NCBI GenBank assembly: GCA_050011555.1
Contig: JBEKIT010000005.1
Span: forward strand, 36,379 to 100,378
DNA length: 64,000 nt
Reading direction: 5' to 3'
Source of the DNA: Candidatus Dormibacteria bacterium
GTDB taxonomy: Bacteria; Chloroflexota; Dormibacteria; Aeolococcales; Aeolococcaceae
Made by a program: the position numbers and the translations under genes. Below the pieces are notes generated by a model. That model saw nothing but the letters and a program-made list of their open reading frames with translations. It was not told the DNA's origin and searched no databases. Shown one piece after another: positions 27,715-38,139 of this stretch; the stretch's first letter is position 1; each line of letters begins with the position of its first letter.

Positions 27715-28605
27715 TCACGAGCCCTGACCTTCGCCCTCCGGCGCCATGGCCCGGGCCCATCCCGCGACCTCGAGTGGGCGTCGCGGCATCGCCTGCTCCG
27801 AGTCGACGAATGGCCGCACCTCGATGCAGCCGAACCGAGCCACCGGATGGCGCGACGCGACCTCGATCGCCTGGTCCAGGTGCGGGCACTCGATGACGTC
27901 GTAACCGGCGATCTGCTCCTTGGTCTCGGCGAAGGGGCCGTCGGTCACCAGCAGCTCCCCCTTGCGGGCACGGACCGTCGTGGCCGAGCTCACCGGCCTG
28001 AGACGACCACCGTGGAGGTTGACGCCACGGCCGATGGTGTCCTCGAGCCATGCTGTCATCCGTCGATCGGACTCGACGACCTCCTCGGGCGACAACTCCA
28101 CACCCTCGGCCACGCAGATCATGAGCATGTACTTGTTCCCGGTCTTCCCCGCCGGCTCGGCCGTCGTCACATCGGACGGGGGCTCGCCGCGCTGGAGACG
28201 GTCGTCGCGCCAGCCGATGGCGCGGGCCCATCCGGCCACCTCGAGGGACCTGCGCGGCAGCGCCTGGTCTCGGTCCACGAAGGGCCGCACCTCGATGCAC
28301 CCGTAGCGCAGGGGGAGGCGGGAGACCAGCTCGAGGGCCTCGTCCAGGTCGGCGCACTCGATGACGTCGTAGCCGGCGATCTGTTCCTTGGTCTCGGCGA
28401 AGGGGCCGTCGGTCACCAGCAGCTCACCCCCGCGGACGCGAACGGTCGAGGCGGTTTCGGCCGGCTGGAGCTGTCCCCCATGGAGGCTGACACCGCGGGG
28501 GATGGTGTCCTCGAGCCACGCCATCATTGCCCGGTTCAACTCCGCCGTTGCCTCGGCGCTGATGTCGACGTCCTTGTCGACGCAGTGCAAGAGCATGTAC
28601 TTCAT
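27715..28605 (-). CDS. Tandem YciI-like/DGPF-domain protein (two full repeats in one polypeptide)
   Basis: Two about 120-aa repeats, each beginning KYML(L/M)... and containing GELLVTDGPFAETKEQIAGYDVIEC and RFGCIEVRPF. They are joined by a short linker. Confidence 0.8.
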   Translation of the reverse strand: MKYMLLHCVDKDVDISAEATAELNRAMMAWLEDTIPRGVSLHGGQLQPAETASTVRVRGGELLVTDGPFAETKEQIAGYDVIECADLDEALELVSRLPLRYGCIEVRPFVDRDQALPRRSLEVAGWARAIGWRDDRLQRGEPPSDVTTAEPAGKTGNKYMLMICVAEGVELSPEEVVESDRRMTAWLEDTIGRGVNLHGGRLRPVSSATTVRARKGELLVTDGPFAETKEQIAGYDVIECPHLDQAIEVASRHPVARFGCIEVRPFVDSEQAMPRRPLEVAGWARAMAPEGEGQGS

Positions 28606-28642
28606 GTCAGGCTGGGCTCCTCAGACAAGGGAATGGCGCTCG

Positions 28643-28900
28643 TCACAGCGGCAGTGGCCAGAACGGCCGCACCGCGATGGTTCGCAAACCGGCGAAGGGC
28701 CCGTCGGTCACCATCAGCTCCCCACAGCCGACGCGCAGGGTCCGAGCCTCCTCAGGGGGCTCGAGCCGATTCCCGTCAACGTGCACCCCCGGGGAGCTCG
28801 TCTCCCTGACCCACGACCTCGTCGATTCCATCGCCGCTGCCTCCTCGCCGGCGGTGAGGTCGACGGTGGTCTCGGCGCACATCAGCAGCCGGTGCTTCAT
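28643..28900 (-). CDS. Third, truncated/degenerate YciI-like (DGPF) copy
   Basis: 85 aa. MKHRLLMCAE...GELMVTDGPFAGLRTIAV... keeps the DGPF core but lacks the C-terminal half. It sits between the ECF sigma gene and the tandem DGPF gene in the same orientation. Its start overlaps the sigma stop. Confidence 0.45.
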   Translation of the reverse strand: MKHRLLMCAETTVDLTAGEEAAAMESTRSWVRETSSPGVHVDGNRLEPPEEARTLRVGCGELMVTDGPFAGLRTIAVRPFWPLPL

Positions 28901-30180
28901 GGAACCCTCCTCTCTGCGGTGACGGAGTCATCCAGCTCGTGGAGCCGGCGCATCAGGTAACGGCGCTCCACCTCGCTGGGACCGAGCTCCAGGGCGCGGC
29001 GGTAGCTGGCCGCGGCTTCGGAGCGGCGGCCCATGCGGCGGAGCAGGTCGGCCCGGGTGGCGGGCAGCAGGTGGTAGCCGCCGAGCGCCCCCGACGTCTC
29101 CAGCGCCTCCACTCTGGCCAGGCCGACCTCGATCCCCTCAGCCATGGCAACGGCGACGGCGCGGTTCAGCTCCACCACCGGTGAGGGCATCACCTCGGCC
29201 AGCCGGCCATAGAGCCCGGCGATCGCCGCCCAGTCCGTCTCCGCGGCGTGCTGGGCGGCGGCGTGGCAGGCGGCGATCCCCGCCTGCAGCTGGTACGGCC
29301 CGGTGAGCAAGGTGGTGGGCGTCCCGCTGAGGATGCGCTGCGCCTCCGAGATCTGCGCGCGGTCCCAGAGAGCACGGTCCTGCTCCTCGAGGGTGACCAG
29401 GTCGCCGTGTGCGTCGACCCGAGCAAGGCGGCGGGAGTCCTGGAACAGCATCAGGGCCAGCAGCGCCTGCACCTCGGGCTCATCAGGCATGAGCTGGGCG
29501 ACGATCCGGGCGAGCCGGAGGGCCTCGGTGGTGAGCCCCAGGCGGACCAGGTCACTGCCGGCGCTTGCCGAGTAGCCCTCGTTGAAGAGGAGGTAGAGGA
29601 CGGCGAGCACACCGCCGAGGCGTTCCGGGAGCAGGTGGGGTGGCGGCACCCGGAAGGGGATGCCGGCGTCCTGGATCTTGTGCTTGGCGCGGACCAGACG
29701 CTTCGCCATCGTGGCTTCCGGCGCGAGGAAAGCCCGCCCGATCTGGGCGGTGGTGAGCCCGGCGAGCGATCGCAAGGTGAGAGCGACGCGCGCCTCGATG
29801 CCGAGCGCCGGGTGACAGCAGGTGAAGATGAGGCGCAGCCGCTCGTCGGGGATGGCTGCGCCCTCGCGGTCCTCGTCCCCGTCTGCGCTTACAGGGCTCC
29901 GGAGCGCTGCCTGCTCGAGCTTGACGGCCTCGACGGCGCGACGGCGCAGTCGGTCGACGGCCTTGTTGCGGGCCACCGTGGTCAGCCACGCTCCGGGGCG
30001 GGATGGCACCCCGTCGCCGGACCAGCGCTGCACCGCTTGGGTGAACGCATCTTGGGCGCACTCCTCAGCGAGATCCCAATCACCAGTGGCGGCGATGAGG
30101 GTGGCCACAACCCTTCCCCATTCCTGATGGAAGGCATCGGTGACGGCGGTTTCGACGCTGGAGCCGGCGGTTTCCGCCAT
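28897..30180 (-). CDS. ECF sigma factor with long C-terminal TPR-like extension (ECF42-like)
   Basis: From ATG at 30178-30180: region 2 (FHQEWGRVVATLIAATGDWDLAEECAQDAF) and region 4 (LAGLTTAQIGRAFLAPEATMAKRLVRAKHKI), followed by about 230 aa of helical repeats. Adjacency to DGPF genes is the known ECF42 signature. Confidence 0.8.
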   Translation of the reverse strand: MAETAGSSVETAVTDAFHQEWGRVVATLIAATGDWDLAEECAQDAFTQAVQRWSGDGVPSRPGAWLTTVARNKAVDRLRRRAVEAVKLEQAALRSPVSADGDEDREGAAIPDERLRLIFTCCHPALGIEARVALTLRSLAGLTTAQIGRAFLAPEATMAKRLVRAKHKIQDAGIPFRVPPPHLLPERLGGVLAVLYLLFNEGYSASAGSDLVRLGLTTEALRLARIVAQLMPDEPEVQALLALMLFQDSRRLARVDAHGDLVTLEEQDRALWDRAQISEAQRILSGTPTTLLTGPYQLQAGIAACHAAAQHAAETDWAAIAGLYGRLAEVMPSPVVELNRAVAVAMAEGIEVGLARVEALETSGALGGYHLLPATRADLLRRMGRRSEAAASYRRALELGPSEVERRYLMRRLHELDDSVTAERRVP

Positions 30181-30354
30181 CAACTCCCGCTTGTGGCGCA
30201 CATCCGCAAGCCGATGCTGGCCATGACATGGGCTCCTGTCTGGGGTGGGCCACCCCCGGGGGAGAGGCTCTCCTGGTGCCGCACCCACCGGGACCGTTCC
30301 CATTCTCCGCTCCACTGCTCCGGCGAGGCCGTGATCGGGGCTGCTCGCCAGCCG

Positions 30355-30594
30355 CTACGACCAGCGGCCTCGCGCTGCGCTGCCGAGGAGCACCCCGGCC
30401 GGGGCGGGCCCCGCCGCCGCCGCGAGCGATGGCGACCTGCGACCGCGGCCGATGAGGCGGGCGGCGAACCGGCGCATGCGGACAACGCTCGTCGTGAGGC
30501 TGGCGGCGAATGCGCCGATCTGCGCATCCATCACCCAGATCTCCGCGATGCTCCGTGGACGGTCCGAGAGGGTGTAGCCGGCGTACGGGCTCAT
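30355..30594 (-). CDS. Small hypothetical protein
   Basis: ATG at 30594 with GGAG about 10 nt upstream. 80 aa (MSPYAGYTLSDRPRSIAEIWVMDAQIGAFAASLTTSVVRMRRFAARLIGRG...). Very high GC3 and no family recognised. Confidence 0.3.
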   Translation of the reverse strand: MSPYAGYTLSDRPRSIAEIWVMDAQIGAFAASLTTSVVRMRRFAARLIGRGRRSPSLAAAAGPAPAGVLLGSAARGRWS

Positions 30595-30880
30595 GGGTTG
30601 GTCTCCTCGGGGCTCGCCCCGGTGTAGGTGTGGCTCGGCGTCTGTCGAACCCTTCACCCTGACGACGAACGGTCCGGCGCCGGATGGACATCGATCGAGG
30701 AACGCGAGTGGGCAACCGCCCGCTCAACTCGCCCGCGGTGCCCGGTCCATGGCACGTCGAGACCGCCGAGGTCGGTGACCGGGTCGGGGTGCAGCCCCGG
30801 GCCCCGAGGCGGCGCGGGAGGAGCACGGCGGGGCCGGCAGGCGGTCGAGGCACGGGGGTGTCCCGAATGGCCTTCTTCCG

Positions 30881-30955
30881 ATATAACTGCTATCATGAGT
30901 TATGATAATAGTGCTCGCCTAAACTCACGGTGAGGCCGAGCACGGCAGGGAGGTC
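30881..30955 (+). promoter_or_regulatory. AT-rich promoter island with palindromic operator and leader hairpin
   Basis: ATATAACTGC then the perfect inverted repeat TATCATgagttATGATA (30891-30907), containing TATGAT/TAATAG -10-like hexamers. A GTGCTCGCC...GGCCGAGCAC hairpin (30911-30943) follows, then the AGGGAGG RBS and the start at 30956. It stands out as a local low-GC island. Confidence 0.4.
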
Positions 30956-31414
30956 GTGGTGATGATCACGCAGAGAGCCCGAGACCCCGAGACCGGTGAG
31001 CCGGTGGTGACGGAGACGGAGCCGACCACCACGGTCACCGGGCGCAGGGTGGTCGCGTCCGCCCCTCCGGTGGCCGCGTACCGCCCCGCACGGCCCGCCG
31101 GCTGGACCGCCGGTCACCTCCTCATCCGCCTGATCTGGCTCATCGTCGGCGTCATCGACGCCATCGTGGGCCTGGACTTCGTGTTCCGGCTGATCGCGGC
31201 GCGCGACACCGGGTTCGCTCACGTGATCATGGTGGCGGGGTCGACGCTGGCATCGCCGTTCAACGGGATCTTCGCCAGCGTCCCCAGGTTCTCGAACCTC
31301 ACCCTGCAGTGGAGCGACCTGCTCGTCTTTCTCCTGGCCATCTTCGCGGGGTGGGTCCTGAGCGGGATCGTCTCGCTGGCGATGCGAGGCTCACGCGGAC
31401 CGGCCACCGTCTGA
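30956..31414 (+). CDS. Hypothetical small membrane protein (YggT-like?)
   Basis: 152 aa. A hydrophilic N-terminus, then helices LLIRLIWLIVGVIDAIVGLDFVFRLI and LLVFLLAIFAGWVLSGIVSLAM. Confidence 0.55.
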   Translation: MVMITQRARDPETGEPVVTETEPTTTVTGRRVVASAPPVAAYRPARPAGWTAGHLLIRLIWLIVGVIDAIVGLDFVFRLIAARDTGFAHVIMVAGSTLASPFNGIFASVPRFSNLTLQWSDLLVFLLAIFAGWVLSGIVSLAMRGSRGPATV

Positions 31415-31583
31415 GGCGCGCCGTCCTCTCGCCGGTCCTCGAGGAGGACGGGAGGTTGCCCAGTAAGAGGACGGGAGGTTGCCCAGCGAACCGTCCGTCA
31501 CCTCCGACGGCGCCGCGTCTGAGATGTCGAGAGCTGGATCACCGGCCATCGTTCTGAGGTCAGGAGAGGTCGCCAGGAGGAAG

Positions 31584-32435
<852 letters not shown>

Positions 32436-32478
32436 GGCGCGGGCTGGCCGTGCATCCCCTCAGACTAGCCATCGCATC

Positions 32479-33295
32479 CGTGAACGACGCGCCTCCGCCT
32501 CCGCCGCCGCCTCAGCTCCCGCCACCGTCGCCTCAGCTCCCGCCACCGCCCTCCCAGCTCGCGCCACCGCCCCCTCCTCCTCCACCGCCGCCGGCACCCC
32601 CGGGATGGACGACCTGGAGCCCTCCGCCCAGCCCGCCGGGGCCGTTCGACAGCGGTTGGGGCGCCCCCAGCCCGCCTCCCCCACCGGGTCAGCAGGGCCC
32701 CGCGCCGCAGCCCGGGAGGGGGCGGGGCGGCGGCAGGTGGCGGCTCGCACTGGCCGTCGCCGGCGGCGTGGCCATCGCGGCGGTCGCCGGGGTGGGCGGC
32801 TACCTCCTCGTCAACCGCGGCTCCAGCGGTCCGTCCACCGCCACCGGCACGCCCACGCCGCTGCCGGTGTCGAGCACCCCGTCGGGCGGCGGAGAGCCGC
32901 CCATCCAGGTGGGCGTCGACTGCAGCGGCGGCAGCCCGCCGGACGCCTACACCGCGGCGGCGGTGAAGGACATCTGCGACGTCCTGGTCCCCCTCGCGGC
33001 CATGGACCCATCCTGTGCCGGCACGCCGGCGGCCGCCTGCGAGAGCGCCGCCGGCGAGCTGGATCGGGTGGCATCCGCGGCGCTGGTCGACATCCGCAAC
33101 CAGCACCCGGCCACGGCGGGGGAGGTGGCCGCCGACCCCCATCTGCGAGCCGCCTTCCGCGACTACGCGGCCGCCGGGGCCGATCTGGCCACCGGGGTGG
33201 CGGACGGCGATCGCTCCCTCGAGGCCAAGGGGACGGCCGCGCTCACCGCCGGCACCGAGGCGCTAAGCGCGGCGGGCGCCGACCTCGACGGCTGA
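32479..33295 (+). CDS. Proline-rich membrane-anchored hypothetical protein
   Basis: From GTG at about 32479: long PPPPPPPQLPPPSPQLPPPPSQLAPPPPPPPPPPAPP tract, one TM helix (WRLALAVAGGVAIAAVAGVGGYLLV), then a Cys-containing extracytoplasmic domain. The start is uncertain. Confidence 0.45.
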
Positions 33296-33297
33296 GG

Positions 33298-34188
33298 TCA
33301 GCGACGCCGGCCGCCGACCACCCGGGTGAGCCCACCCGGATCCGACCTCACCGACACCTCGAGCTCGGCCCCGCGCAGCAGGGACTGGACCGGCCGGCTC
33401 AGGTAGGGAGCCACCTCGAAGAGCACCACCCCGCCACGGCGCAGCCATCCGGGAGCCTGGCCGACCAGGTCGCGCACCAGGCCCAGCCCATCGGCGGACC
33501 CATCGGTGAGGGTGTGGCGGGGCTCAAAGCCCCGGATCTCGCGCGGAAGGGCTCGGACCTCGCGCCGGGCGACGTAGGGCGGGTGCATGGTGAACGCGCC
33601 CACCTCGCCGCGCAGCCTGGGGGGCAGTCCGGCCAGGAGGTCGGAGACCCGAAAGCGGGCGTTGGTGAGGTGGTTGCGGCGCGCGTTCGCCCGGCTCAGC
33701 GCGACCGCGGCCGGGTCGATGTCCAGGCCCCAGACCTCGGCCGAGGGAAGCGCGGCGGCCACCGCGCAGGCGACCGGGGCCGCCCCGCAGGCGACATCCA
33801 CGGCGACCTTGACGGGGCGGCGGCGAAGCGCGGCGATCGCCGCCTCGGCGAGCAGCTCGCTGGATCCCCGTGGCACGAAGACGCCGGGGCGGACCTTCAG
33901 GGTCAACCCGGCGAAACAGACCGCGCCGCGGATCAATGCCACCGGCTCGCCCGCGGCACGGCGCTCCAGGTAGTCGCGGTAGCGCCTCTCCGCCCTCGCC
34001 GGGACCGGCGCCTCCGGGTCGAGCGCCTCCACCTCCACCCCCAGCGCGAGGGCGAGAAGGTCCTCGGCATCCTCGCGGGCGATGGCCCCCCGCCAGTGGT
34101 CGATCGCCGTCGATTCCCTAAGGCGCGTGCGACCAACGGTTAACAGGTGGCCGATTTCCGGCCGAGGGAGGGGCATTCGTGGTTGCAT
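33298..34188 (-). CDS. HemK/PrmC-like SAM-dependent N5-glutamine methyltransferase family protein
   Basis: SAM motif VAVDVACGAAPVACAV and the (N/H)PPY motif as TMHPPYV. Confidence 0.7.
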   Translation of the reverse strand: MQPRMPLPRPEIGHLLTVGRTRLRESTAIDHWRGAIAREDAEDLLALALGVEVEALDPEAPVPARAERRYRDYLERRAAGEPVALIRGAVCFAGLTLKVRPGVFVPRGSSELLAEAAIAALRRRPVKVAVDVACGAAPVACAVAAALPSAEVWGLDIDPAAVALSRANARRNHLTNARFRVSDLLAGLPPRLRGEVGAFTMHPPYVARREVRALPREIRGFEPRHTLTDGSADGLGLVRDLVGQAPGWLRRGGVVLFEVAPYLSRPVQSLLRGAELEVSVRSDPGGLTRVVGGRRR

Positions 34189-35018
34189 GGGCGGGGATGG
34201 TAGTCGCGCAACCGCACCCCTGGCGGATCGCAGCCTTCTTCGACGTCGACCGCACCCTGGTGCGCGGCTCGTCGATACTCGCCCTGGCGGGTCCCCTCTG
34301 CCGCGCCGGGCTGCTCCCGCGCCGGGCGCTGGTCACCGCGGCGCTCCGCGGGCTTCAGTTCAGCGCCCGCGGCTTCTCCGAGGAGGAGGTCCAGCGGGCG
34401 GTCCGCGGCATCGGGACCGCCGTGCGGGGTCTGGACGCGGTGGCCCTGCGGCGGGTCGCCGACCGGGCGATACCGCTGGTGCTGGCACCCAGGGTGTACG
34501 GCGAGGCGGTGGAGCTCATCGCCTGGCACCGCTCCCGGGGTCACCTGGTCTTCCTGGTCTCCGCCTCCACCCATGAGCTGATCGACCGGCTGGGCGGGAT
34601 CGTGGGCGCGGACGGGGTGGTCGCCTCCGAGGCCGAGATCGTCGACGGCCGCTACACCGGCACGGTGGCGCTCTGCCACGGTGCCGCCAAGGTGGAGGCG
34701 GTCCGCCGGCTGGCGGCGGCGTACCGGGTCGACCTGGAGCGCTCCTTCGCCTATGGCGACGGCACCGGGGACATCCCGATGCTGCTCGCGGTCGGCAACC
34801 CGAACGCGGTGAACCCCGACCACCGGCTCCGGGCGGCGGCCGTCCAGCACGGCTGGCCCCAGCTGCACTTCCGAGGCCGCGATGGCCTCTCCTGGCTGGA
34901 CGACCCGGGCTGGCCTTTCGGGCCGGCCTGGACGGGGGCCTCGTCCTGGCGCGCCGACTCGGGTGACACCCTGGGCGGTGAGCCGGTCGTGGAAGGCGTG
35001 AGCACCCCCGCCTACTGA
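34179..35018 (+). CDS. HAD-IB family hydrolase (SerB-like)
   Basis: IAAFFDVDRTLVRGSS (DxD motif I), FLVSASTHELI and GDGTGDIPML (motif IV). The track start overlaps the divergent methyltransferase start. An internal start near 34197 is likely. Confidence 0.8.
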   Translation: MVAWAGMVVAQPHPWRIAAFFDVDRTLVRGSSILALAGPLCRAGLLPRRALVTAALRGLQFSARGFSEEEVQRAVRGIGTAVRGLDAVALRRVADRAIPLVLAPRVYGEAVELIAWHRSRGHLVFLVSASTHELIDRLGGIVGADGVVASEAEIVDGRYTGTVALCHGAAKVEAVRRLAAAYRVDLERSFAYGDGTGDIPMLLAVGNPNAVNPDHRLRAAAVQHGWPQLHFRGRDGLSWLDDPGWPFGPAWTGASSWRADSGDTLGGEPVVEGVSTPAY

Positions 35019-35076
35019 TCCGGGTCGCCCCGCCACCCCGGCGGCCAGCGACTACAATCCGCCGGCATCCGCCCCC

Positions 35077-36606
35077 ATGGACGCGGCTCCCCCACCTCCA
35101 CCCCCGCCCACCCCGCCACCAGAGGGGTCCGCCGCGCCACCGGGATGGCCGCCCATGCCGCGCGACTGGCCGCCCGCGCCACCCGACCGGCCGCCCGCGC
35201 CACCTGACTGGCCACCCGCGCCACCCGACTGGCCACCCGCGCCACCGCCCCCGCCGGGATCGGCGCCTCGGGCTCCCTCACCTCTCACCTGGGCACCGCC
35301 CGCCTGGGCACCGGCGGCGGTGCTCCCCGGCCGCGAGATGGTGCTGGCGGGGACGGGCCGCCGCCTCGGGGCGTTCGCCCTCGACGGGGTCTTCATCGGG
35401 ATGATCATCGTGGCCGGGCTGGTGGTGGGCGGCGGCATCGTCGAGGCGGCGATCTCGCCGGCGACCACGATCTCGCCGGCGGCGGCGACCTCGCCCGGGG
35501 TGCTCGCCGGGACGCTCGTCTACCTGCTCACCATCATCGCCACCCCCTTCGTCTACCCGGCGGTGGGCTGGCGGTCGGGGGCCACCCCGGCGATGCGCGT
35601 CCTGGGCCTGCGGGTGGTCGATGCCCGCGGCGGTGACCGGCTGGGCTGGGGTCAGGCGCTGCTCCGCACCGCGGGCTGGTGGTGGTCGCTGCTCACCTGC
35701 GGCGCCGGCTTCATCCCGGCGCTGGCCGACGCCTGGCGCCGGGGCCTCCCCGACCGGATGGCCAGCAGCCTGGTGGTGGCCATCCGGCCCCTGCCGCTCG
35801 CGTGGGTGCCCGGCCCCTACGGCTGGACCATGGCGCCGGCCCGGCCGCCGATGCCCGCCCCGCTCGTCCCCACCGCCCGGGCCGTCTCCGACCCGCCGGC
35901 GACCCGGACCGCGTGGACCTGGACCGACGTGGTCCCGGTGCTGATCGCCCTCCTGCCGATCATCTTCGGGGCCAACTGGGTTGCCGGGATCACCGCACAG
36001 GGACTCAACATCACCGCCGGCACGGGCGGCGCGGTCGCGCTCTCGTACGCGGACGAGATCGCCGTCTACGGCGCCTGCCTGCTCCTGATCTGTCTATTGG
36101 TGCGCTGGCGCCGGCGCACCGCGCTGACCGCCCTCGGCCTGCGGCTGCCCACCTGGCCCTGGCTGGCGGCGGGGATCCCGCTGGGTTTCGCGGCCATCGT
36201 GCTCGAGTACGTGGGTGGGGTGATCGACCGCATCGTCCTCCCCACCGCCAACTCCACCAACCAATGCGTCGGCATCCGCGCCGAGTACGGCGGGTCGGTC
36301 GCGCTGACGCTGCTCGCGACCGCGGTGATCGCACCCATCGCCGAGGAGATCATCTTCCGCGGCTTCACCTTCCGCTGGCTGCAGGGACGGATGCCGCTCT
36401 GGGGGGCGGTGATGGTGAGCGCGGCCCTCTTCTCAGCCGCCCACGTGGGGTGGGCGGAGCCGACCCTCTTCCTCCCCGTCTTCCTCGACGGGCTCCTGCT
36501 CGCCTACGTCTACGCCAAGTCGGGATCGGTCTGGCCGGGGGTGATCATCCACGCCAGCATCAACGTGCTGGCCACGATCATCGTGCTCACCGCCCCGAGC
36601 TGCTGA
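35077..36606 (+). CDS. Fusion: Pro-rich N-terminus + RDD-family domain + CPBP (CAAX/Abi) intramembrane metalloprotease
   Basis: N-terminus PPPPPPTPPPEGSAAPPGWPPMPRDWPPAPPDRPPAPPDWPPAPPDWPPAPPPPP. RDD-like TM region (RRLGAFALDGVFIGMIIVAGL...RVVDARGGDRLGWGQALLR). C-terminal CPBP motifs IAPIAEEIIFRGFTFRWLQ and FSAAHV. Confidence 0.75.
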   Translation: MDAAPPPPPPPTPPPEGSAAPPGWPPMPRDWPPAPPDRPPAPPDWPPAPPDWPPAPPPPPGSAPRAPSPLTWAPPAWAPAAVLPGREMVLAGTGRRLGAFALDGVFIGMIIVAGLVVGGGIVEAAISPATTISPAAATSPGVLAGTLVYLLTIIATPFVYPAVGWRSGATPAMRVLGLRVVDARGGDRLGWGQALLRTAGWWWSLLTCGAGFIPALADAWRRGLPDRMASSLVVAIRPLPLAWVPGPYGWTMAPARPPMPAPLVPTARAVSDPPATRTAWTWTDVVPVLIALLPIIFGANWVAGITAQGLNITAGTGGAVALSYADEIAVYGACLLLICLLVRWRRRTALTALGLRLPTWPWLAAGIPLGFAAIVLEYVGGVIDRIVLPTANSTNQCVGIRAEYGGSVALTLLATAVIAPIAEEIIFRGFTFRWLQGRMPLWGAVMVSAALFSAAHVGWAEPTLFLPVFLDGLLLAYVYAKSGSVWPGVIIHASINVLATIIVLTAPSC

Positions 36607-36795
36607 GCGGTCGTGCGACCACGGCCCCAAACCGGAAGCCGGCTCCAGCTGGCGAACCGCTCGTGGACGCCGGAGAGGACGGCGTCCACCTCGGCTTCGC
36701 CCATCACCACGAAGCGCTCCGGCTCGTCCTCGGTGGGGGGTTGACGGTGGCGATCTGCTCGTGGCCGTCGGCCAAGCGCCTTCGCCCGCCGGGGA

Positions 36796-38121
36796 TCACG
36801 CCAGCCGCGCCACCCCCTGGCGGCCGGCCGCGGCCACCGCCTCGGCGACCGACTCGGCCTCCGAGGGATCGAGGCCGGCGCAGGTGATCCTCACCGCGGG
36901 CGCGGTGGTGATCCGGAAGCGCTCCCCGGAAAGGGCGGCGTAGCCGGCCTCGGCAAGCGCGTCCAGCACCGGGGCCTCGGCCTCCACCGGCACCCAGACG
37001 TTGAGGCCGGTGACTCCGTGGGCGGCGATGCCACGCCGTTCCAGGGCGTCGAGGAGCCCCTCCCGCCGCTGTCGGTAGGTGTCGGCGGCCTGAGCGAGCA
37101 GCAGGTCGAGCCCGGGACGCGACCAGAGGCCGATGACCAACCGCTGGAGGAGGTGGCTCACCCATCCCGGCCCGAGCGCCAGCCGTCCCGCCACCCGCGC
37201 CACCGTGCCCTCGTCGCCGCAGACGACGGCCAGGCGGAGGTCGGGGCCGAGGGTTTTGGAGACCGAGCGCACCACCGCCCACGCCGGTGATCCGGGGATG
37301 GCGACCCCGACCACGCTGCCCCCGCCGACCGCCTCGGCGTGGTCGTCCTCGACCACCAGGACGGCGGGGTGGCGGGCCAGGGCGCGGCGGAGCTCGGTGC
37401 GTCGGAGATCGTCGAGCGCGCTGCCGAACGGGTTCTGGCTGCGGGGGGTCATCACCACCGCCCGCGCCCCGCGCCCGAGGGCCTGGTCCAGGTCGTCGGC
37501 GAGCATGCCCCGGGCGTCCACCCGCACTGGCAGCGGCCGCAGCGACATCGCCCGCAGCAGGTCGACGATGGGTGGGTAGACGGGATCCTCGACGGCCACA
37601 GCATCGCCCGGCCGGAGGTGGGCTCCCAGCACCCGCTCGATGCCGTCGACCGCACCGCTGACCACGGTGAGGTGGGAGGCGTCGACGCCGTCGGCGCTGA
37701 GGCGCTCACGGGCGAGGTCGGCAAGGTCCGGCTCGACCAGCGCGGAGCCGTACGACGCCGACCGGCGGGGCAGGCCGGCCAGCGCGCGGCTCCACTCCGG
37801 GAGCAGGCGGGGGTCGGGGTGGCCCAGGGCGAGATCGCGGAGGCCCGGGCGAGGCCGCGCGGTGAACCCGGCGTGGAGAGGTGGCCGGGGGGCGATCGAG
37901 GTGCCGGAGCGCCCGGCACCGACCGCCAGCCCGCGCCGGCCCAGCTCCCGGTACGCGGCGGCCACGGTCGCCGGGCTCACCCCCAGCTCCGCCGCCACCC
38001 GCCGGACGGTGGGCAGGCGCTCGCCCGGCTGGATGCGGCCGTCGCGGACGGCCCCCTCCACGGCGGTGGTGAGGTCGGCGGCGCGATGGCCCGTCGTGTA
38101 AAATAGTTCGGTAACGTTCAC
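36796..38121 (-). CDS. MocR/GabR-family transcriptional regulator (GntR HTH + class-I aminotransferase-like domain)
   Basis: GTG start. HTH ERLPTVRRVAAELGVSPATVAAAYRELGRRG, then a PLP-fold domain (...ISLDSGSP-like...VRSVSKTLGPDLRLAVV has the Lys). Confidence 0.85.
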   Translation of the reverse strand: MNVTELFYTTGHRAADLTTAVEGAVRDGRIQPGERLPTVRRVAAELGVSPATVAAAYRELGRRGLAVGAGRSGTSIAPRPPLHAGFTARPRPGLRDLALGHPDPRLLPEWSRALAGLPRRSASYGSALVEPDLADLARERLSADGVDASHLTVVSGAVDGIERVLGAHLRPGDAVAVEDPVYPPIVDLLRAMSLRPLPVRVDARGMLADDLDQALGRGARAVVMTPRSQNPFGSALDDLRRTELRRALARHPAVLVVEDDHAEAVGGGSVVGVAIPGSPAWAVVRSVSKTLGPDLRLAVVCGDEGTVARVAGRLALGPGWVSHLLQRLVIGLWSRPGLDLLLAQAADTYRQRREGLLDALERRGIAAHGVTGLNVWVPVEAEAPVLDALAEAGYAALSGERFRITTAPAVRITCAGLDPSEAESVAEAVAAAGRQGVARLA

Positions 38122-38139
38122 GTCTTTGTATCATAACAT

